This document shows, one piece after another, positions 57,816 to 64,000 of a DNA stretch of 64,000 nucleotides. The stretch is from a virus (Duplodnaviria > Caudoviricetes): the IMG/VR virus record IMGVR_UViG_2654587994_000003, positions 44,557 to 108,556 of that record; one strand, given 5' to 3'. Every line of letters begins with the position of its first letter. Within the stretch, counting starts at the first letter, position 1. A program made the translations under genes and the position numbers. Under the pieces are notes generated by a model. The model was not told the origin of the DNA. It did not search any database and worked only from the letters and a program-made list of their open reading frames with translations.

Positions 57816-57847
57816 AAACTAAACTATTTTTACAAATTTGTCAAGAT
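57816..57847 (-). promoter_or_regulatory. Repeated phage promoter/operator, copy 3
   Basis: TTGACA-17-TAGTTT with the same ACAAATTTGT core. Confidence 0.7.
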
Positions 57848-57864
57848 TTCACGAAGGTGGATGC

Positions 57865-58467
57865 ATGCCTGAAGTTAAGTCGCGCCTCCTGCAGTCGATA
57901 CTGAAAGAACAGAAGCGGAGAGCCGTAAAGGATCGCGCTGTCTACGAAGAGTTAGGCGTGCCTCAGCAGACCTTCAGCACCTGGAAAGCTGGCGTCATAC
58001 CGAGACCAAGACAATTCCCGGCGATTGCCGCCTTCCTCGGTGTCTCCGAAGAAGATGTGGCGGAGATGGCTCGCGAGGCGGCCGAAACAGCCCCGTCCAT
58101 CACGCCGATTACGGTTGCCCGTACCTACGGCAAGATTTCCGACCGCAAGGCTGGCAAATTCAAATTCGAACCAATCAACGATGGCCGCAAACGTATTCCT
58201 GAAGGCAGGTACGCGATCATCATAGACACGAAAGTGATGGAGCCTGTCTTCCACGTTGGCGTGAAAGCTTGGCTTGACCCTTCCCGCTGGCCCGCCGCCG
58301 GTGACGACGTTCTGGCCCATTCTGGCGGATTCGCCTGGATTGGGCGCTTCGAAGGAATGAGCAACGGCGCCGTTCAGCTTGGCCACTACGATGGATCGCA
58401 GCTTGAAGTGAAGAACGTGGAAGCTGTCCATGTCATCGTCCTTTCGGAGCGGGTGGTTACAGCATAG
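57865..58467 (+). CDS. XRE-HTH repressor with degenerate S24-like C-terminus
   Basis: ELGVPQQTFSTWKAG..P; VMEPVFHVG..WLDP. Confidence 0.75.
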   Translation: MPEVKSRLLQSILKEQKRRAVKDRAVYEELGVPQQTFSTWKAGVIPRPRQFPAIAAFLGVSEEDVAEMAREAAETAPSITPITVARTYGKISDRKAGKFKFEPINDGRKRIPEGRYAIIIDTKVMEPVFHVGVKAWLDPSRWPAAGDDVLAHSGGFAWIGRFEGMSNGAVQLGHYDGSQLEVKNVEAVHVIVLSERVVTA

Positions 58468-58491
58468 CGAGGTGGTGGCTCGGAATGCTGC

Positions 58492-58520
58492 TTGACAATT
58501 CCTACAAATTTGTGTAGGAG
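58492..58520 (+). promoter_or_regulatory. Promoter/operator variant in front of the candidate sRNA
   Basis: TTGACA-17-TAGGAG containing ACAAATTTGT within CCTACA..TGTAGG. Confidence 0.6.
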
Positions 58521-58524
58521 ATTG

Positions 58525-58656
58525 ATCGTCCGCTGTGGTGGCGGATATGGAATACGCGCTTTGATCCCGCCTTACGGCGAAGGTCTCCTCGGCGTGTTAG
58601 TACGGAGAAGGGGCGGAGTTACGGGTGGTGCCGGCTCATTACGCCCCTTTTCGTTT
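58525..58656 (+). ncRNA. Candidate trans-acting antisense sRNA
   Basis: Three stem-loops exposing TGTGGTG, GTCTCCTC and GTGGTG; last stem AAGGGGCG..CGCCCCTT followed by T-run. Confidence 0.6.
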
Positions 58657-58741
58657 TCTGCTGCATGCACGACAACGCCGGCAGAGCTTCATGCTCCACC
58701 GGCGCTAAGTTTTCGAAGTCATTGTTTGCGGTCTTTCTCAT
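58619..58741 (-). CDS. 40 aa peptide
   Basis: GGGGAGAC RBS, MRKTANNDFENL..; 3' end overlaps the sRNA terminator antisense. Confidence 0.45.
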   Translation of the reverse strand: MRKTANNDFENLAPVEHEALPALSCMQQKTKRGVMSRHHP

Positions 58742-58797
58742 AGTCGTCTCCCCTTCTGGCATTATTGGTTTTGTTATCGCCAGTTGGTTGCTGGCGT

Positions 58798-58941
58798 TTA
58801 CGGCGGCCCGGTCACTGGCCGCCATCTTCTTCTGCGATCGGGAGCTTCATGCTCCCATCTTCTTCTCGCCGTCATGGCGGTCATGCCGATCAGCGCTTGG
58901 GTCGTCGATCGTCTTCTTTCGCAATCCTTAAACATGCGCAT
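58798..58941 (-). other. AGA-run leader peptide / structured leader RNA
   Basis: 47 codons with three AGA runs interleaved with hairpins; AAGGGA RBS. Confidence 0.45.
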
Positions 58942-59014
58942 TCCCTTTCATGCTGCAGGTTCGTCTTGGGGTCTGTTGCCCTGTCGGCTTCTTGTTTGGC
59001 CGCTGTTGATTTTG

Positions 59015-59056
59015 GTTTTACCCGTATTTGGGTTGGTCGTCAACCCGAATATGCAT
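59015..59056 (-). promoter_or_regulatory. pR-like promoter with two repressor operators
   Basis: TTGACG-17-TAAAAC; operators ACCCGTATTTGGGT (59020) and ACCCGAATATGCAT (59043). Confidence 0.7.
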
Positions 59057-59090
59057 TTTACTTGCATTTATTTATGGGTTATCTGACATC

Positions 59091-59750
59091 ATGGATACTG
59101 TGGCCCTCACTCGAATGCTGATCTCACACTACGGCAATGAAGAAGCGTTGGCCGCCCTAGCCGGCGTGGGGCAGTCATCGGTAAACAGGTGGGCGAACGG
59201 CGGAAACATTCGGGGTAACCACCTTCTTCGCTTGATGGAACTAGCGCGTAGCGTTCCGTCTGCCGCGGACATCATTGCTGACGTTACTGACGTCGCCTCA
59301 CATAATGAAGGCTTCACGCCGACGGTCGTACCTGGTCGAGAACTAGTAGGCGAGAAAAATCTCCCTGTTTTCGCAGCCGCGATGGGCGGAGAGGGCCATC
59401 AGATCGTGACATTTGATGCGATCGATTATGTGAAACGACCATCCATCCTAGAGAACGTCAAGGATGCCTACGGCGTATACATCGTCGGAGAATCGATGAC
59501 TCCCGCCTTCGAACCGGGAGACATGGCGCTCGTGCATCCACACCTACCTCCGGCGCGCGACAAGAACGTTGTGCTTTACCATGTCCCTCCATTTGGGCAC
59601 GGAGAAGCAGAAGCGATCGTCAAGCGCCTGGTCAGGTGGAGCGACCGAGACTGGCACCTAAAACAGTACAATCCGAGCATCGAATTCACCGAATCTCGCG
59701 CGGACTGGAAGTGGTGCCATCGTATCGTAGGCAAGTATGAGGCTCGATAA
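59091..59750 (+). CDS. CI-like repressor (HTH plus S24 peptidase)
   Basis: LAALAGVGQSSVNRW; GESMTP and IVKRL catalytic Ser/Lys; no SD, possibly leaderless. Confidence 0.9.
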   Translation: MDTVALTRMLISHYGNEEALAALAGVGQSSVNRWANGGNIRGNHLLRLMELARSVPSAADIIADVTDVASHNEGFTPTVVPGRELVGEKNLPVFAAAMGGEGHQIVTFDAIDYVKRPSILENVKDAYGVYIVGESMTPAFEPGDMALVHPHLPPARDKNVVLYHVPPFGHGEAEAIVKRLVRWSDRDWHLKQYNPSIEFTESRADWKWCHRIVGKYEAR

Positions 59751-59760
59751 GCGGCATCCG

Positions 59761-59997
59761 TCACTCATAAGCAGGCAAATCCGCAATATGCTCTGGCACC
59801 TCACCGGCGCCAGCAACTAAAAAAAGCTCACTGGACGATGCGGCTATAGCGACTACGCAGACTTTCTCTGGGGAAATCCTGTCAACGATTTTCCTTGCGT
59901 GCGCGACTGAACCAACCTGCATTGGAGCATCCGGAGATACCCCTCCTCGCGTTGAACGCGTGAAACTCTGCACAATAAACACTTCGCTCAAATCCAT
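59761..59997 (-). CDS. Small LexA-boxed hypothetical protein
   Basis: 78 aa, GGAGG RBS, SOS box upstream. Confidence 0.65.
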   Translation of the reverse strand: MDLSEVFIVQSFTRSTRGGVSPDAPMQVGSVAHARKIVDRISPEKVCVVAIAASSSELFLVAGAGEVPEHIADLPAYE

Positions 59998-60032
59998 AAC
60001 CCTCCATTGCCAGAACACTGACTCCAAAACTA

Positions 60033-60047
60033 GAACAAAACAAGAAC
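60033..60047 (-). promoter_or_regulatory. LexA (SOS) box
   Basis: GTTC-N7-GTTC on minus strand. Confidence 0.75.
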
Positions 60048-60081
60048 TTTATTCCTGATTCGCGCCGCTGCATTTTTTGTT

Positions 60082-60122
60082 ATGCACATTAGGTTGACAA
60101 ATAACCCGTATACGCATATCCA
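60082..60122 (+). promoter_or_regulatory. pL-like promoter with operators
   Basis: TTGACA at 60094 flanked by ATGCACATTAGGTT and ACCCGTATACGCAT, similar to the 59020/59043 operators. Confidence 0.7.
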
Positions 60123-60193
60123 TTCTCTCGCCAGCACGAAGAAGCCCACCAGCAGATCTGCCGGCCCACCACCACCACAAGAGGAGATACACA

Positions 60194-60547
60194 ATGTACA
60201 GACCGCGTCCCGAAGAGTTTGACGATATCCATGTAGCAGCGTCCAGCGTCGAGCCAATGCTCCGCCCGGACCACAAAGCGAAGAAGCACGGCAAGCCCAA
60301 GACGAAATATGAATACCTGCGCCGCCTCCCCAAGAAGCCGCGCAATGGCGAGGAAGTCGGCGGTGGCCACTTCGTATTCCGCCGCGGCGACAGCACTGGA
60401 CGCATCCGTCCCTGCATGTGGCCCTTCGAGCACCCCTCCTACGATTCAGCGCTGGTTGAAGCCGCACGCCTTCACAAAGAGCATGGCGGCACCTTTGAAG
60501 TGTTCGTTCGCGTCGGCCGCGTCGAGACGCTGGAGGCCGGCGAATGA
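60194..60547 (+). CDS. Hypothetical early protein
   Basis: 117 aa, GAGGAG RBS. Confidence 0.7.
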   Translation: MYRPRPEEFDDIHVAASSVEPMLRPDHKAKKHGKPKTKYEYLRRLPKKPRNGEEVGGGHFVFRRGDSTGRIRPCMWPFEHPSYDSALVEAARLHKEHGGTFEVFVRVGRVETLEAGE

Positions 60548-60678
60548 GCGCGGCTGCCGCCGAGAAGCCGACCGTCCAGCAAATCATCACCGAAGAGCAC
60601 GCCGACCTGATGAAGGACATAGCCAGTTTTCTGGCTTTATCGCTCTTCATCACGGCAGTGCTGATCTGGGGTTATTGA
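60544..60678 (+). CDS. Small membrane peptide (below cutoff)
   Basis: 44 aa, ATGA overlap, C-terminal TM. Confidence 0.5.
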   Translation: MSAAAAEKPTVQQIITEEHADLMKDIASFLALSLFITAVLIWGY

Positions 60679-60689
60679 GGGAGGCCGGC

Positions 60690-60941
60690 ATGGCATATGG
60701 CGACTACAGCGGTCCGGATAAGGCCGACAAAGGCAAAGAGGGAGGCAGCTGCAACCGGCGTAGATGCCAATGCGCCCCAGCCAACTGGTATAACCACGGC
60801 TCCCTTTCTTGGTACTGCGAGGACTGCAAGGAGCAAATCTACGACCCGATCGGCCAGCGGTATTGGAAGCAGGACTTTCCGAACGCCACTCACCCGATGT
60901 TCGAAACACGCAAGATGATGGACGACCGCCAAGCGTCCTAA
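60690..60941 (+). CDS. Small zinc-finger protein
   Basis: CNRRRCQ..WYNH..WYCEDC; GGGAGG RBS. Confidence 0.65.
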   Translation: MAYGDYSGPDKADKGKEGGSCNRRRCQCAPANWYNHGSLSWYCEDCKEQIYDPIGQRYWKQDFPNATHPMFETRKMMDDRQAS

Positions 60942-60973
60942 CCACCACCAAACACCACACCGAGGAGACAAAC

Positions 60974-61186
60974 ATGTCGAGAAGACGCGACACCACCTAT
61001 ACCCCTGCCCCATACGCCGGCGACGGACTTGAGGTCCTAGCCAACCTTTCATCCGTAAGCGCACCGACGGCCGTTCTGGTTGCTGTCGCCAAATGGCACG
61101 AGCGCAGGAAGGATGCCCGCAACCGCGTCATCGCCTCCAAGCTGCGTGAGCTCGTCGCGGCGAATGACAATGGGAGGAGAAGATGA
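60974..61186 (+). CDS. Hypothetical protein
   Basis: 70 aa, GAGGAG RBS. Confidence 0.65.
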   Translation: MSRRRDTTYTPAPYAGDGLEVLANLSSVSAPTAVLVAVAKWHERRKDARNRVIASKLRELVAANDNGRRR

Positions 61187-61641
61187 TGTTTTGGAAGAAG
61201 CGCGAAAAGTCCGCCATCACCCTCAAGTCAGAGTATGAGCTCGTGCGCGAAGAACGCGAAGAGATGCAAAAAAAGAAGATGAAGGAAGATGCAGATGCCG
61301 TGCAGCGCTCTCTATCCTACGAGCCGCCGGTCCGAGTTGTTAAGGGGAAATACAATGACTTTCTTGAGGTGGCCTCTCCGTTCGGAAGGAAGGTTTGCGT
61401 CCCCATTCACCTGATTTCCGCCACGTCTATTCGATACGTCCCTGCGTCGCTGCGCTTTTACTCTCCTATGAATAGTCCGAGCGATATAGCTTCGATCATC
61501 ATCGAGATGAGTTCCGGCACCAAGCACGACGTCAGCGTGGAGGTTTCTTGTGCAGAGCTTCTCTTGGAATCCGTGAACAGGGTTTGGCAACAGCCTGCGG
61601 CCGCCCTAGCCAGCACAGGAGGCGAACACCATGCAGAGTGA
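61183..61641 (+). CDS. Hypothetical protein
   Basis: 152 aa, coupled to upstream gene. Confidence 0.6.
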   Translation: MMFWKKREKSAITLKSEYELVREEREEMQKKKMKEDADAVQRSLSYEPPVRVVKGKYNDFLEVASPFGRKVCVPIHLISATSIRYVPASLRFYSPMNSPSDIASIIIEMSSGTKHDVSVEVSCAELLLESVNRVWQQPAAALASTGGEHHAE

Positions 61642-62221
61642 CGCAGCCGCCAAGCTTGAACTGTGGTTCTTCCGCGACATGCTCGAAAGTAACCGTATCC
61701 GGCTTTTCGAACTATTTGGGTTCAAACCATCAGAGATGGATACGATGGCGAAACAGCAAATGGTATTTCGTCGTATACTCGACGCCTTATCGACGGACGC
61801 GGAGCCGGTAGGTTGGCAGTGGCGACACCCAAGGGCAACGGGCGGCGAATGGATGAATTGCCCTAACGGACCAAGGGCAGACAAGCTGTCGGAAGCCGAA
61901 TATCGGCCTGTCTACGCCGCCCCTCCCGCGCCATCCGTGGTCGTGAAGGCTTTGCAGGATCACGTGCTGGCGGATTTCACGCACCTGACAGATGCCCAAG
62001 CCCTGTCGGGACCGTATATCGTCAAGCGCATCAAGGAGCGCTTCGGGTCGTTCGCCCTCTCCGCGCAGGTGCAGGACGTGGCGGGGTGGCAGCCGCTTGA
62101 GACTGCGCCGAAGGATGGCAGCACTTTTATAGCGCTCGCATCCAAAGGACTGCTGACCCACTGGATGCCTCTCCTCGCAGCACCCGCAAAGCCGGAGGGC
62201 AGCCATGTCACCAGCCAATGA
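61631..62221 (+). CDS. Mosaic hypothetical protein (DUF551-like remnant)
   Basis: EPVGW..RPVYAAP..WQPLETAPKDG..THWMPL. Confidence 0.65.
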   Translation: MQSDAAAKLELWFFRDMLESNRIRLFELFGFKPSEMDTMAKQQMVFRRILDALSTDAEPVGWQWRHPRATGGEWMNCPNGPRADKLSEAEYRPVYAAPPAPSVVVKALQDHVLADFTHLTDAQALSGPYIVKRIKERFGSFALSAQVQDVAGWQPLETAPKDGSTFIALASKGLLTHWMPLLAAPAKPEGSHVTSQ

Positions 62222-62474
62222 CAACACCCCTCGCCTCATGGGCAGAAGAGAAGCCGCCGCCTATCTCGGTATAGGACAGTCAACGTTCTCGCTGTGGGTA
62301 TCGACCCACAAGATGCCGGCAGCTATTGCCGGCACTCGTAAGTGGGACAAGCGCGCGATTGACGCTAAACTCGATGAGATAAGCGGGCTGCTGCCGGCGA
62401 ACGACAATACCGAGGATGAATTCGAACGATGGGAGCGCGAGCAGAATGCGCGAAAAGCTCAAGGGTCTAGCTAG
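62205..62474 (+). CDS. Excisionase-like HTH protein
   Basis: LMGRREAAAYLGIG.STF..W..RKWD; overlaps int. Confidence 0.8.
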   Translation: MSPANDNTPRLMGRREAAAYLGIGQSTFSLWVSTHKMPAAIAGTRKWDKRAIDAKLDEISGLLPANDNTEDEFERWEREQNARKAQGSS

Positions 62475-63507
62475 GGTCAAGAAGCGGCTCGCGAGCGGCA
62501 AGACTATCACATACTGCTACGCCTGGCGCGGCGGTCCCCTGCTAAAGGACAGGGCTGGCCGTCCGCTGCAACCCGGCGACCCGCTGCTTATGCGGGCGTT
62601 TGTCGAAGCTACGAAGGATCGCTTCGTCGACCAGACCGACAACATGAACCGGCTGATTACCGAGTACAAATCGTCAACCGACTTCACCGGTCTCTCCCCA
62701 AAGTCGCAGAAGGAATACAGCCGCTACATCGACAAGGTGCGCGATGCATTCGGCACAATGAGCCTCGTCGCTATCCAGGACAAGCGAGCGCGAGGCAAGT
62801 TCAAGGAGTGGCGTGATGGCATGGCGGATAAGCCTCGCAGCGCTGACTTCGCATGGATGGTGCTTGCACGCATACTGTCGGTGGCAAAGGACCGTGGCCG
62901 TATTTCGATAAATCAGGCGGAACGCGGCGGGCGCATCTACAGCGTCGATCGCAATGAAAACATCTGGACCGAAGAAACATTGGAACGCCTTTTCGCCGTG
63001 GCTTCCGACGAGATTAAGGCCGCAGTCATCATGGCGTTGTGGACCGGTCAGCGTAAGGGGGACATCCTCAAGGCCCCATGGAGCGACTACGACGGTTCAT
63101 ACATCAAGGTGAAGCAGGGCAAGACCAACGCTCGCGTGAAGATCCCCGCTGGCGCCGAGCTCCGCGAGCTACTGGACAGCATGCCGCGGATATCGCCCAC
63201 TATCCTCACCAACAAGCGAGACAAGCGGCCGTGGACTTCCGACGGGTTCAACACAAGCTGGACGAAGGCAAAAGCCAAGGCCAGTATCACGAACCTAACT
63301 TTCCACGACCTCCGCGGTACGGCAGTCACGCGGCTTGCCATCGCAGGGTGTTCAGTAGCGCAGATCGCAGCGATCACCGGCCACAGCCTGAAAGACGTGG
63401 AAGGCATCCTTGATGCTCACTATCTCGGCGGCAAAGCCGCCCTCGCCGAGGAGGCGATAAAGAAGCTAGAGGATTATCGCGCAACGCCAAATAAGAAGCC
63501 CGCTTGA
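62446..63507 (+). CDS. int: Tyrosine integrase
   Basis: TGQRKGD, KT, FHDLRGT, ITGH, HY catalytic residues. Confidence 0.93.
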   Translation: MREKLKGLARVKKRLASGKTITYCYAWRGGPLLKDRAGRPLQPGDPLLMRAFVEATKDRFVDQTDNMNRLITEYKSSTDFTGLSPKSQKEYSRYIDKVRDAFGTMSLVAIQDKRARGKFKEWRDGMADKPRSADFAWMVLARILSVAKDRGRISINQAERGGRIYSVDRNENIWTEETLERLFAVASDEIKAAVIMALWTGQRKGDILKAPWSDYDGSYIKVKQGKTNARVKIPAGAELRELLDSMPRISPTILTNKRDKRPWTSDGFNTSWTKAKAKASITNLTFHDLRGTAVTRLAIAGCSVAQIAAITGHSLKDVEGILDAHYLGGKAALAEEAIKKLEDYRATPNKKPA

Positions 63508-63520
63508 TGCGGGCTTTTCC
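63495..63520 (+). terminator. Intrinsic terminator after int
   Basis: AAGCCCGC-TTGAT-GCGGGCTTTT. Confidence 0.75.
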
Positions 63521-63680
63521 ATTCCGCGCTTGCCACGGCAGGTTGAATAGACCTATTCTCAAAATACAGTCAGACAAATGCAGAGCAGTTTGCAAACGAA
63601 ATGTAACGTATTGATTTTCGGCAGCAGATATTAGAAGCAGTTTGTTTTCAGCTTTTCACAATCATTACATAAAAACCTAG

Positions 63681-63725
63681 CTTCTAAGCAGTAGGTCGCA
63701 GGTTCGAGTCCTGCAGGGGTCGCCA
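63681..63725 (+). repeat. att core: 3' half of tRNA-Arg(TCT)
   Basis: Begins at anticodon loop CTTCTAA, has T-arm GCAGG-TTCGAGT-CCTGC and ends GCCA; no 5' half upstream. Confidence 0.85.
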
Positions 63726-63781
63726 CCGCTTTCTTGAATTCCCCACAAATGACTGGTTTGGGTTCGATCGCAGATACGGTT

Positions 63782-64000
63782 TCAGTCCTTATTTGCGCTC
63801 CGGCGATCCTTCGCTCTTCTCCATTTTATGAGATAACCGAAACCCGGTCCGATCAGCGCGCCGCCGATAACCCATTCCACCAAAGTCAGAGGTCGCTCGT
63901 CCGGATCGTGGCCAGTCAGGTAAAGAAAGAGAAAAAACGCGATAACGCCGCCGATCAAGACGGTGATCGGAAACAACACACTGTCGCGAAAGCCTTTCAT
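63782..64000 (-). CDS. Host small two-TM membrane protein
   Basis: 72 aa beyond att; ATG sits at window edge. Confidence 0.6.
   Translation of the reverse strand: MKGFRDSVLFPITVLIGGVIAFFLFLYLTGHDPDERPLTLVEWVIGGALIGPGFGYLIKWRRAKDRRSANKD

Noticed and set aside
63681-63725. Complete tRNA-Arg gene
   Set aside because: D-arm and 5' acceptor strand are missing; it is the att duplication

Overview
Almost the whole window (1 to ~63725) is one temperate, long-tailed (HK97-fold, siphovirus-like) prophage of a rhizobial/Agrobacterium-type alphaproteobacterium. Its right end is a tyrosine integrase followed by the duplicated 3' half of tRNA-Arg(TCT); the left end lies outside the window. Left to right: nucleotide-metabolism operon; LexA-boxed SRAP operon; a moron block (Omp25/RopB-type porin, lipoprotein, GT29-like glycosyltransferase, candidate sRNAs, three EcfG-type promoters); lysis, tail, head and packaging genes; tRNA-fMet; a putative ori; defence-like morons (Abi-like, AlbA_2/Schlafen-like, SRA-HNH); replication/recombination genes; two repressors; xis/int. 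Three patterns stand out. (1) About 17 early-gene leaders share ACCA-loop hairpins and/or CACCAC just before a GAGGAGAC Shine-Dalgarno, and a candidate sRNA with its own promoter and terminator (~58525-58656) displays the complements UGUGGUG, GUCUCCUC and GUGGUG. (2) About 16 non-structural proteins carry the peptide (A/S)NDN in varied codons, matching the SspB-binding start of the alphaproteobacterial ssrA tag; two end in near-complete tags. (3) The first leader after the repressor-controlled leftward promoter has three AGA-codon runs interleaved with hairpins, in a phage that integrates into the AGA-reading tRNA. All family assignments come from motif recognition by eye, not database searches.
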